64,000 bases of DNA from Amoebophrya sp. A120 (lineage: Eukaryota > Protista > Dinoflagellata). The notes beneath the pieces were generated by a model, which saw only the letters and a list, made by a program, of their open reading frames with translations, ran no database searches and was not told the origin of the DNA. The number at the start of each line of letters is the position of its first letter. Within the stretch, counting starts at the first letter, position 1. This document shows, piece after piece, positions 1 to 12,048 of this stretch. Where the stretch lies: contig CAJINV010000001.1 of NCBI GenBank assembly GCA_905178155.1, forward strand, positions 12,197,832-12,261,831, written 5' to 3'. A program made the position numbers and the translations under genes.

Positions 1-632
1 ATTCTTCTGAAGATGCGGATGAGCAAAGCGAGGGAGCGGCAGGCAACAAGAAGCGAGTGACATTTGACGATGCCAGCGACGAGGATGATGATGACGACTC
101 TGAGAACGCAGGAGGTGACGAGGGAAAGACGCAAGCAACGCAGAAAAATACTGCTGCCCCAGCAACAGCAACCACGAAACCGAAAAAGAAACGAGGGCGG
201 CGCGCGGGGCAAGCTGCGAAGGAAAGGGAACTGCAGGAAATCGAGCAGCTGGCACTGAAGAACATCAACAAGGAAAGACAAAAGGCAAAGCATTTGAAAA
301 CAAGCAAGAAGGCGATGGACAAACTTTCACAGAAAAAAGTTGAGCACGAAAGACTCATCAAGAAGCAGGTGCAGCAAGCCGACAAGAAGCGACTTTTGGA
401 ACACAAGCAGAAGGAGCAGGAGAAGGCGAAGAAAAAGAAGGACGCCAAGGACGCGAGAAAAAAGGAAAGGGAAAAGAAAAAGGAGCAGCAGCAAGAGAAG
501 GAAAATCGGGCGAAGCTAGAGCAAAAGAGAAATGGCGACAGTGGCGCACCAGCTGGACCAAAGAAGAGCAAGGGCGGGAAAAAAGGCGGCGTGAAAAAAA
601 CGATGAAAAAAGGCAAGAAGCCGGGACGCTGA
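1..632 (+). CDS. 3' end of a Lys/Glu-rich low-complexity protein (partial, starts upstream of the window)
   Basis: Open frame from the window edge to TGA at 630-632. Acidic tract followed by KKE-rich coiled coil and basic tail. Confidence 0.7.
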   Translation, partial: SSEDADEQSEGAAGNKKRVTFDDASDEDDDDDSENAGGDEGKTQATQKNTAAPATATTKPKKKRGRRAGQAAKERELQEIEQLALKNINKERQKAKHLKTSKKAMDKLSQKKVEHERLIKKQVQQADKKRLLEHKQKEQEKAKKKKDAKDARKKEREKKKEQQQEKENRAKLEQKRNGDSGAPAGPKKSKGGKKGGVKKTMKKGKKPGR

Positions 633-1187
633 TACTGCATTCAATAGAGACGACTGCAAATGAAGTATAAGTAGTTCCATACTCTTCACGAGAAACGATT
701 GGGTTTTCTGTTTGCGCAAAGAACGAATGTGAGGAAAAAGCGTGTGCATCCGAACTACACAGTTGCCGCTGGTGTTCTGAATGATCACCTTTCATTGTTG
801 TGAAGTAGATGGCATCTGGTTCATATAGTTTGAGACTGAAATCTTCCAAGCGCGGGTTTGAGGGAAATGAGAGTCTCAAAATAGCGCATTTTTGGTAATA
901 AAGTTCTACTCGCACCCACGTTCTGCTCCCTGCGCTGGCCACCCAAAGTTAAGAGGATTGTTGCTGCGCTCTTCCACGTCTTTTTCGTACGCACGCTGCA
1001 GTGCAGCCTTACCTTTTCTTTTCATATGTTTGGCATCGGTATCTATACCATGCATCAAGCTGGTGTCTACTTCTTACTCTAGTTTTTGACTACTCGGCGA
1101 CGATTGCTATTTCGAAGTGTAGTCTCAAGCTGTTGCTTGCTTCATTTTCCTACTTGCCACGTCGATTTTGTTTGTCGTGCTCGAAGA

Positions 1188-3595
1188 ATGGCGGTCTCGT
1201 CAGGGGCCGACGTGAACGGGGACGAGGTGCAGCAGCTGAACACCGCCAGCCTGGACGAAGGTGCCGTGCCGTCCAAAGACCCTCCTGGCAATAAGAAGCG
1301 AGAATGGGTATTAACAACTTGTGATGGGCATGATCGGCAAAACAAGAAATCAAAATACAAAATCCTGCAGTGAAGACGTCGCCAAAGAAGAATCTTCAAG
1401 GCTTCTATCGGACGTAGTTTGTTGTAGTGAAAGAAACATGATGAATGTTGTTCGAAAATAAGTCTTCAACCACATCAAAGAAACTCAAAAGTGAAGTTAC
1501 TTCCTCAATGCGGTTTCTAGGTCGCTCAGTTGCACCAGTCGGAGAGCGAGATCCAGAAGGCGCAGCTGGAGAGCCACCGCAGTCTGATGCAGACCAAAGC
1601 CATGGCCTGGGAACACGTTTGCGACATCAGAAAGCAGACTGAAGAACAGGACGCAAACCGCGTCAAATGGCAACTCTCCGTGTACGATGGCATGCGCAGG
1701 TTGCGACAGAAAATCCTCACGCTTTCGGACCAAACCGGCGTCAGCGCTCTAGAACAGAACGGCGGCACAGCGGGGGCTGCGGTTAGCAGTGGTTCCTCGA
1801 GACCCCCCGCGAAACTGTTGTCAGGTGCGAAACTGGCGAAGACTGTGCAATCGCTGGAACACGAGCTCACCGTCTTCAAGGAGCGCCAGCGCCAGGACTA
1901 CGATGAGTTGACCCTCGTCGAGGCGACGACGTTTGAAACTCTGAAAGCGATGGAGGAACGCTTCACCGCCTGGCAGGAGCAAACGGCGAAGGAGCCGCTG
2001 GTCAGACCAAAATCCGCGCCCCCAAAGTCGACGTTGCTCCAAAAGGGCGGCAGCCGCCCGGCAAAGGATCCGAAGCAAGAGGAGCAGGAGATGAAAAACC
2101 CTTCGGTAAAACGAACCTACACCCTGAACACCGCAAACGCAGACCGGCAGGTGTCCGAGCTGCGCGACGCGCTGGACTCGTTGACCGCGGAAATTGAGCA
2201 CGACGGCGGCGCGACCGGTGGGTGGCTAAAGGACGACCACGAGGCGTTCATGCGCATGTACGCGAAGTGCAAGTCCATGGAGAGCCCGACCTTTTACGAG
2301 CAGGTGGCGCAACTGGTCCACTGCACGCACGAAGACATCGCGGAACATGTCGTGTGGTACAAAGAGTGGTGCAGGAAGACGGAACTGAAAAAGGACCTGC
2401 TGGCGAAGTGGAAAGATCGAAGACGACAGGCGCTTGAAGTACAATTGCGATCACATAGATCAAGATCTGTCAAATGCAAAACGGCGAGCGACCAGCCAAG
2501 TGGCTTTTTTTTTCTTGAAGTGGTCGTGGTGGATAGTTGTTTGCGCATAGATATGACTAGGAGTGCAAATTCAGAAGAGCAAGAAACACTCTAAAAATGT
2601 ACACAGGAAGCCCACCACCGCCTGGACGAGAACCGACAGGAGGATCTGCAAATTGAGGCGGAAGAGCGCAAACGTCGCGAGGAGCAGAAAAAGCAGGACG
2701 ACGCATTTACGAAGCAGCGCATCGGCGCCTGGAAAGAGGAGCGGGCGGCAAAACTTGCGCAGAAACAACGCGAAGTCGAAGACAAACTTGCCGAACAGAA
2801 ACTGAAGGACGCAAAGCGAATGGAGGAGCATTTACGACGGCGCGAAGCCATTGTCGCGTATTCGCAGAAAAAGCGGGAGCTGCAGGCCCGCACCAAAGCA
2901 GCTTCGGGGGAAAAGAAAGGGGGCGAGGTACTGGATTATCACTCAGATTTGTGGTGTGTGACGGTATGAGCATCATAAGCATATCAGTGTGAGAAACGCC
3001 TTGTTTGGAACTTGTTTATATATTTCATGGCAGCAGATCGTCTACTTACATTGCAATATATCGTTATCGATAACGATATTACAATCGCTGAAATTTTCCC
3101 AGGTCATATTAACCCGCGAGCAACGCGAACACCTCCGCGAGCGCAGCTTAGCGTACGAAAGAAAACGCGCCCAGCTGCTCGAGGAATGCCGCGAGAAGGA
3201 GCGGCAGCTTTCGAAGGGCGAAGAAGCCCCGCCTCCGAGCAAGTCTGGCAGCACCTACACACACATCTCGTCCAGGCTCCACGACCAAACAGAGGCACAA
3301 ATTCAAAAACTCAAAGCACGCGAAAAGGACTTGAAGGAGGCATCGGTGGCGGGGAGCGAGGGACAAAAGTACTTTCTTACTATCTGTAGCCGGCATTTGC
3401 AACTCTATGCGCATTAATTTTCCGCGTTCTTTTTTTCTCGAGAAGCAGAACTGAACAGGCCTCCACACGTCCAGGCAAAAATGCACACTTAAAACACTTA
3501 GGTATGGAGTTGTCCCGGGGAACTTTGCTGGGCAGATCGGGGTGCAATCCCGTGTGCAGGGTGTCCCGCAGTGGAGGCAGAAGATATACGGATGA
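1188..3595 (+). CDS. CCDC112: CCDC112-like coiled-coil protein (about 5 exons, GT-AG introns e.g. 1308-1520, 2439-2606)
   Basis: GGATGGWLKDDHEAFMRMY and HVVWYKEW...KKDLLAKWK resemble the CCDC112 core. The spliced last exon ends ...GVPQWRQKIYG*, like the CCDC112 C-terminal P.WR motif. Exon phases join in frame. Confidence 0.7.
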
Positions 3596-4411
3596 GGACC
3601 GTTCTGACGAGCATCCACAGTGTGCTTCCAAAAAGAAAAACAAAAAGCCTGCATGTACTACAAAAGATGACAATTACAGAAACGCCACCTTGTCAGGCAA
3701 ACGGCGCAAGTCGTGATCGAGCAGCGATCATTCGTGAGAAGGGACGCAGGGTTGTGATCCGTACCCACCGCAGTCTTCTTCACTCGTCTTGTCGCTTCCA
3801 TTGATATCATGAGGAAGTTTGTTCGAGCCCTTGCAATTGTATCATTTCAGAGAGAGTCTTGAACTTGATGAGCGTCGACGGAACGACGAATAACATCTTC
3901 GTGATCGCGAGAGCTTATGCATCGAATGCACGCGTTGTACCGAGAGGCGAGCAACTCAGATGAGAATACGACGTCATAGTGAAATCGATTTCGTTGCGAC
4001 TGCGCAGTTGTGCAACAAGAAAAACATCATGACAAACAATTCCAGCCTCAGAAGACCTCTCATCTCTTCATTCCCAATACTTCTAGCCCCGAACAGAAGT
4101 GGTGGTTTAAAAAGGAAGTCAAATAGCGACGGTTCGCTAAGCAATAGTCGTACGTCGAAGCCAAAAAATTATATTGCAAGTCCACTACCTGCGGTGGTCT
4201 TCGCGTCCTCGTTGAGTTGGTTCGCAGATCTTCACTTTCGAGCTCCTGTGTTGCTGGGGAGGAACAAAACCCCTTGGTTTTGCAATCATCTTCTCGTAGT
4301 TTGCAGTTCAACCGCAGCGTGGCGCGCGTCAACCGCTGCTCTGCTTCCAGGTGTGCCGCTTCGGTGAGTAGCCGTCTCGTTGCCATACTCCCGCGGTAGT
4401 CCTCGACCAAG

Positions 4412-5504
4412 ATGGGTAAAAAAGGGAAGAAGGACAAGAAGCCAAAGGCCCCCGGCCTCCCGCTGCAACCGGAAGAATTGAACCTGGATTTAACATGGCA
4501 GATCGAAACATTAGAACGAGACTTGCTGGTGAAGCAGAGGATAGAAGAGGTACATAGTACAAGCAAGGCAGTTGTGATTGATAAACGTTGTAAAAAAAGG
4601 GCACGCACCATATGTGATTGCGTGTCTCTCTGTTTAAACATTTACTTGGTGAGTCAGTGGTTGACTGAGAGGCTTATGCCGCGGGCGCATCTACCGAATT
4701 TGAAATCTAATTTATGTTCTTCACAGAACCTCCGAGCATCAACGATGAAGATGCGCGACAAGGTGGAGGAGATGCAGGACGACTTGAAGCAGGAAAAGAA
4801 GATCACATACGCAGTCACGTCAGATATGGCACGAAGGTACAAGTCTCTCCAGGAAGACTTGATTCACAAAATCAACACGCTGGAGACAACACTAACAGAG
4901 CAGAAGGAGGAGCTGGGTACTGCGATGATTTTCTTTTTGATTTTGAATGTATCACTTTCAACACAGCAATCCCAATCGCACTTACTGTAAGTTACATTAC
5001 AGTTTTTGAAGACTGAAAAGCGTAGTAAATGCTCCGTGGTCATCAATTGACACTCTTGACTTCCAAAACAGATATGACGAAGCACGAGCTATCAGAGCTA
5101 GTCGCGGACAAGGACGACATTATTGCGCACAAGGACCAGGTGATAGCAGAACTGAAAAACCGAACGGAAATTATGTGTGCGGAGTTCCATGAGATGCTCG
5201 GGAGCACTCTGAAACTCATGAAGGACCACATGGCGGCGAAGCTGATACAGGTAAGTACAACTACTTTTTGTGTTGTGAAACAAGGCAGCTTGTACGAGCT
5301 GCATAGTGCAAAGTCGACAACTATGCTAGAGCGTGTGGTCAGTCAATCATGTCAAAGTTTTGCCTTTGCGTAAAACGCGAACGCCATTTTCACCATCCAA
5401 AAATTTTCGTTCGACAGGACCCCGAAAACGGTGACCGAAACGGCAAGAGCAACCAGGAAGCCTATGCAGCCAAGTTGCAAGACCTCACCACAGTCGCGAG
5501 GTAG
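4412..5504 (+). CDS. CCDC153: Dynein regulatory complex subunit CCDC153/DRC12-like (4 exons)
   Basis: MGKKGKK start; EKKITYAVTSDMARRYKSLQEDL and KDQVIAELKNRTEIMCAEFHEMLGSTL resemble CCDC153. GT-AG introns join in frame to TAG at 5502-5504. Confidence 0.65.
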
Positions 5505-8022
5505 ACGAAGAAGAGAGGCGCATTCGTTTCATGACAAAGAAAAAGACATGTCTACCAAGTAGCTCCTGATGATTACAGCTTACCCTCACTCCCTGTTTTT
5601 CCGTTTCCCTCTGTACCGCTGCACAGCAAAAATAGAACTTTTGCTTTCTCTCTGAATCCTTCCTGAGGTGCTGTCCTCTCCTCGTACGCACAGACGCGCT
5701 ATGCTGCTGTTTGCCAACTACATCGCACAGAATTACCTCGAGGCCTTTCGCGGTGCAGCGCTAGTTGTGCCTTATTGTAGTGCCGCTCCTAGTACCAAGT
5801 ATTCCTCGTTCGCTCGAGCTACCCACCAAGAGTGAAGCAGAACTGCACTCGGCTGACTATGCATGGTCCTCCTCGTCATCTCAACTTTTGCGTTTCTGTT
5901 TTTCCCGAGCTGTGGATTGCAGCACTTACATACTGCGCATTCTGTCTGGAAACTGGAGCCCTAGTCGCATGAATGATCCAAGATCGCTTTTTCTAGCGTA
6001 TGATTGAGGAGCGGGAGCCACTGATGAAAACTCCCGAGGACGGAAAATATGTAAGACTGCATCTGTTGAAGCGAGGTCAGGATCGTATATAGTGTTGCTG
6101 ATCCTCGTGCGACACCAAAGCCCAAAGAACGCGCTCTGCCGACTGCAATCGACGTGGAGGCATCAAGGTGCCCAATCTATGTCGTCTTCATTGTGTTCTT
6201 GTTCATGAAAATCAGATGGATTTCTCGTGGCTACGGAGGGACGAAGAAACATGTTATCTTCGCCAACTCCAACGTCCGTGAGCGTCCAAGACGTCAAGAA
6301 GGGGTACTTCTGTATGAGTCTGAGAATGCCACCGACCGAGAGGCACTTCTTGTCCCTGACTGTTTTTTCTAAAAGAGCAAGAAGTACGCGACAGGAAGAG
6401 GCAGTATGTTGCATGGAGTTCTTTCACGCCGATTGAAACATACAAATAGTGGAACATACACGCTGCGTTGAATTTGCCATGGTTCGTTTTTCTGGTACTT
6501 AGCCCAGTGGTTACAACTTGTGTGTTTAATTAATGCAAGGGACAAGCTCAAGATGTCGGGGGCGCTACCATCTGCGCGCGTCGTTTCCTGGCCGGGGTTG
6601 TCCGCGTTGAAGCGAGGAATTCCTGAGGCGCGAAGAGTGCTGCAGCCGGCTCCATTTTAGTCGTGGGGGCGAATTGAAGGAAAAAAGGCGCGGCGCGGCC
6701 GAGAATCGGAGGAAAAACAGCAGTCGAGCGAAAAAGGCACGCGGATGGCGCGACCCCCCCTGGGAGCCGCGCGCCACGCCCGCGGTGTTGCGCGCCCGCT
6801 GTGGTTCTTCCGCTGCCCGCCTGCGCCCTGGTTTTTCTGGGTGTGGAGGTGATCATGGGCGCAGCTCGGTAGCGGCGATGGTTTTGTGGCGATGGCTTTG
6901 CGCTTCATGCTGTTTCGCCTCCGGGGCTTTTTGTTGGCCCTCCGTCCTCGGTGAAAGCTCCAAGGAGAACGCCAACGCCATCGAAACCGCGGCGAACGCA
7001 ACGGGCCAGCGAAGGCGCGGCCGCGATCCTGATTCGTGTGCCTGATTAGTCTGAGCGAACGCAAGCCGGGGAAGCGCCGACGGCCCGGGCGCGCCTGCAG
7101 CCTTGCCCGTTGATTGTTTTGAACGCCCCGCCGCGGCGGCGCCCGCCCGCGCACCGGGGCCGGTGAAAGCTCAGCCAAGGCGCCTGCGCTGCCGTTCCCG
7201 CCTACCGCGGTGGGGCCGGCCCGGCCTGCCCCTGTTGTGAGTATGCTCCGCCCGCGCCCGGGGTGCTCCACTCTCCTACTGTCCACAGTTGTGGCGCGGG
7301 TCGCGCTTTGATTGCGCCAAGCGCGCGCGTCGGAGATCGTGTTTTGCGTGGGGCATCTATTCCGCGCGCCGAGAAAAGGCAGTGAATACACACCAGCGCG
7401 GCCCGTAAAACGTCCGCGGTGCCGCAGCAGACGAGTTCTGGGCCCCCAGCAGTGAATGCCAATGTTTCGCGGGATTATCGCGTGCAGCTGTACGGATCGA
7501 CACATCGCAAAGCCGCGGGCCAGTTGGCCCGCTTCGCCGAGCGCAATAAATGCCATGCAGTAAATGTTCGTCTTCCTCTTCTACCATTCAACTGGCAGGT
7601 GCAGTCTCGGAGCGTGGAGCGCGTCAGCTTGCTCGGTGGATGAGCGAAGCGGTGTGAATTGTCGTAAACTAAGTTGAGTGATCGCTGCTGATTGTGACTG
7701 TGATTCGTTTTGTCCATCAGCCGACAAAATGCACGCTTGGCTCTCCGTACTCGCTCTGAGTTGCAAACATGGCGGTCGGTCATGGCTGCCGTCTTTCCAC
7801 CAACATGCGAGAAATCACTCTGAAACGACTGTCGAGTGCTGTGGCGAAGAATAGAACTCTGCACGCAGATGAATTAAATGAAAAAAAGCTCCTGTGTACG
7901 TAACCAGTAGAATGACAAGCATACTAGCGCGGAGAAATATGACAGCTAACGTCTGTCTAAGTTAATACTCGAACTTAGTTCGAGGTCGAGCCGCCACTCC
8001 TTTTCGGTGAAAACGCAACAAG

Positions 8023-8583
8023 ATGCCCTCTTCCAAGGAGCTTGCGAAGCAGCTGAAGGAGGCGGAGAAAAAAATCGAGAGCGTGCGCCGCAAGGAGAAC
8101 GAGAAAAACCGGGCGCGGCGGTTAAAGGAGAAGGCGGACGACGCTACGCGACTGGAGAAGGCCGACGAGAGGGCGGCCGCGTTGCGTCAGAAGATCGAAG
8201 CGGCCAAGGCTGAAGAGGCGGCGAAAGCACGCGCGCAGGTCGTGAAGACGCTTCGGAAGCATATCGGCGAGAAGCTGGGTGAGAAGGTCGCGGCCGGTCA
8301 GTTCCACGTGGTGAAGTTCCAGATCGATAATCGCAGAGATCTCCGAAGCGTATTCGAGATGGACCTCAATGATCCGGCCTTGGCGGGTGAATACTACAAA
8401 CGGGAGAAGATCGTCAAGAAGGTTTACGGATTCGAAAAATTGGGATTGGCGGCGATTTTCGGATCCTCCAAGGTGGAGTCAAACAAGTGGGGCAAGAAGA
8501 CGAAGGTGACGGGGGCAGAAATGAAATGGGAACAAGAATCCGGCTGGATGACGCTGCGGGTCTTTGAAATGTCGCATGCGTAG
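8023..8583 (+). CDS. Hypothetical protein, 186 aa (N-terminal K/E/A coiled coil plus small globular C-terminus), intronless
   Basis: Clean ORF with GC3-biased codons and protein-like composition. No family recognised. Confidence 0.6.
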   Translation: MPSSKELAKQLKEAEKKIESVRRKENEKNRARRLKEKADDATRLEKADERAAALRQKIEAAKAEEAAKARAQVVKTLRKHIGEKLGEKVAAGQFHVVKFQIDNRRDLRSVFEMDLNDPALAGEYYKREKIVKKVYGFEKLGLAAIFGSSKVESNKWGKKTKVTGAEMKWEQESGWMTLRVFEMSHA

Positions 8584-10059
8584 GGAAGAAGAAGCTGCAT
8601 GCTTTTTCTTCGAAAAATATGGAAACCATCTGAGTTCATGGACGACTAAGGTGGCCCGCAGTACACTAAAGTCGACAGGTTCGATGAAAGCGCCATGCCC
8701 GGCGCGATGCCGGGGAGGCCGCCCGAATGAAAAACTCTTTGCACGCGGCCGCCCGAGAAATGGTGATGGTCCCACCAGGTGAGTTCTTGGTCAAAAGGGT
8801 TACCACAGGAATTTTTTCGTAGGAAAAGTAAAAAGAAAAAGTCTTACGAGTTACTACTGATGTCAACGTGTTACTAGATCTGCAAAGGCGTGTTTTTTCG
8901 GAAAGTGAAGCGAGGTGGAGAACTTCGGGAGAGTTCCATCGGCCATAGTGAAGAAGTTCAACTCGGAGTCCTTGTTGTTGTTCGTCTTTACAGCTCGTGG
9001 CGGAGTGCCTCCTCCTTTTCGTCGATTGTCATGCGCACGAAGACCAAGAATATGAAAAAGAAACCACTTTGCCTTTCTTTGTTTTCTGTGGTGTACCACA
9101 TAGCTGAAAGCTCTGCTCCGGTTCTGTACTAGCAGCCACAAATTTTTTCAATAGACAAATAGAAATAGTTCATCTCCGGAACAAGAAGTTCGGAGTTGCA
9201 TAGTTAGCAGCGTCGGAACTTTCATACTTCTGGCGTCGTCCGTTTTCACTTTGTACAAACATTTGAAAAATAAACATTAACATCTACCTTTGTGGGTCAA
9301 CACAACATCTAATCTCCTTGAGTGCTGACTGGATTCCTTTTCCTTTTTGTCATATAAAAGAAATATGTTGTAAACTTCATCCACGGCTTTCAGGGTCCTG
9401 CTCATATTTCGTCCTCCCTGTGATCGTCGTCCTGTACCGACCAAAATTTTCCTGGGCCGCGAACAAGTGGCTGCTTTTCCGGTTTTGTATGATCTCCTCT
9501 TCTCGTCGTCGTTTTTGAACAAACAGAAGTAGATGTACCCGCGTAGTGCAGTGGTGTGTGCCCCTCCTTCCTTCAACTCTACGTGGTGCAGCGCTTGGTC
9601 CTTGATAGCAGACGGGACCTCTGTCGTCGCGACGAGTAACCATCACTAGACCGCTGGCGTGGATTCCTTCGAGTAAATAGAGCCATATCAGAATCAGAAC
9701 AGTGGCACAAATAAAAGCTGACGAGCAACATCTTCTTGAGCTAAGAACTCTTCGACAAAAAGTACAACGAAGCCCAGCTCATCTCCACGATGACAGCCGT
9801 GCAAGAGAACGTTGCCGGAGATAGCCCAGTCAAGGTTCGTCTTGTTGGAAATCATGTTTTGAACATGAAGATGAGCGCCTCCACACCGATTTCGTGCATG
9901 CACAGACTACATTGACGCACCAATCCAATCTGACAATCTGTTTCTTCTCACAGAAACAAGTACTAAGAGTTCGAGTCACATTTTAGAAAAAAAATCCTAT
10001 CACAGGGCTCGGACGAGATCAACATTTTGCAGTCGACGTCCACTGCACCGCCCGACGAG

Positions 10060-12048
10060 ATGGACGCGGCTACTTCCACCACTACGCGGACCAGCCGTAC
10101 AGCCTCCGACACGAGCGACCTGCTCCCAGAACAACATACTGGCACGAGCAAGTCGAGTTCCTCCTCCAGCACCTTATTCCGCAAGATGAAGGCGGACAAT
10201 CTCCAGAATGGCAAGCACAAACAGATGACGGCTTTGCTCGACGGCAGCATGGGACGGCAGTTGTGCGAGGAGTTCAAACTTCCCACGGACGACTTTTGGT
10301 TCCCAAAGATTTGGTCCGCGGCAGCTTTGGTCAAACCGGAATTTCACACTGCCGTCGTCGAGGCGCACAAAAGCTACATCGAAGCCGGTGCGACGCTGAT
10401 CACGACGAACAGCTTCGGCACGCAGCCGACGTTCTACCCAAGAGCGTTTGGGGAGGATGAGTGGGTATTGAGCTTTCTTGTTTTTCTCCACGTGCCTCAA
10501 GCTATCAAAGCCGGTGCAGTTTCTTCAAAACTACATGCAAAAATTCGAACGAACAAAAACACGACATCAATCAGGAATCTCGCATGCTTGCGGACGCTGA
10601 GCTGAGTTCCAAATTGGCGGTCCAAGCGCGGAATGAAGCCAACTCTACAAACGATGTGAAGATCATCGGCTCGTTGCCATCGCTCTTTGAGTCCCATCGA
10701 CCGGATATTTTTCTCAAAAATGTGGAGGAGAAAGGCGAGGAATTTGTTGTGCATTACTATCACAAGATTGCGGAAGCGCTGGTATTTGATCTGTTATTTT
10801 TTTGTCTGAAGGTGGCACGAGGACGAGCACGACAGTCGGTCGTATGCGTATCGTGGGGCCCACGAGAACATGACTCATATTGGAAAACTTGACTAAAAAC
10901 CGTATAAATAAACCCACCAACAGCTCCGCGGCGGCGCAGACGCGATTTTGTTCGAGACCATCAATTGTTGGGAGGAGGCAGCGCTCGGGCTGGAAGGCAT
11001 CAGCAGACTACCGCAAGAGATGCAGCCCGAGATCATAGTTGCACTAGAGGGCGCGTTCCGCAACCTGAATTTGAAACCGAATCCGCACCTGTCCGCGCAC
11101 GCGTTCCGCGCGCTGCTGCCCAGATTTGCGCTGTTCGACACCTTGCCAGAGCACCTCGCCACCGCGGTGTCGCTTTCCCCGGAGGAGCACGCGACGGCTT
11201 TTGAGGAAAAGAAGGGCAACTTGTTGGACCCGAAAACCGCGGTTATTTGTCACAAAGCGGAGCCTGCGAAATTGCAGGTGTCCTGTTTCGGGTTCAACTG
11301 CGCACCACCAGAGGAGATTTTGGACTCCTTGCGGGCAGTCCGGAACGACTCTGTCCTGCACGAGATTGTGACGGTACAAGATGTCAATGTTGTCAAATTC
11401 AACGACGAATGTTTTTACCTGGGTACTAGTAGAATGATGCGCATGTCGACCCGATTTTGACCCAGCCGTACACGCAACGGAACGTTTTCAAAAACAAAGC
11501 CAGAAACATTTTTTGGATCCGAATTTTTTTTAGGTTTCCGGTCTCGAGCTCTGCGCCTACGCGAACGTGAACGATCGGAAAGAGGCACATGACAACGGCT
11601 TCGAGGTGCGCAAGGACCGCGCTAGTGCGATCAAGAAGCGCACCGACCTGGCTCGCGAAATTTCTCCTGCAGAAAATGGCGCGGCGACAGATGACAAGGA
11701 GGTATGTTGCGGGTGGACGATTTTTGCATTGACCGACGTCGATATTCGTGCTGCGCTTGGTCATTAATTTCTTGAGATGCACTTGGACGCCTTGTCTCCA
11801 AGAGCAAGATGAAAATTGAATTTTGATGCTCTACTTACTAAGGGTGAGAATATCTGTCGACGACGACGCACTTCCTCGGATCAATACTGTATTCGTGAAA
11901 AAAACAGAATCCGCCGAAGAAGCATTATGCGTACGACGGTTACGTTGACCTGGTTTGCGAGATGGTGGACGCTGGCGCAACGATTGTTGGCGGTTGCTGC
12001 GGATGCGGCCCCGAAGGAATCCACGCCCTCGGGCATCGATTTTTTTAA
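10060..12048 (+). CDS. Homocysteine S-methyltransferase family protein (multi-exon)
   Basis: LLDGSMG, WSAAAL...AHKSYIEAGATLITTNS, GADAILFET, GFNC, YAN. The spliced last exon reads GATIVGGCCGCGPEGI (Zn-binding GGCC) with TAA at 12046-12048. Confidence 0.9.

Noticed and set aside
6541-6556. GCTCAAG-ATG resembling the 3' end of the dinoflagellate spliced leader (also CTCAAGATG at 38461)
   Set aside because: Only 6-7 nt match, and the upstream CCGTAGCCATTTTG is absent; expected by chance.
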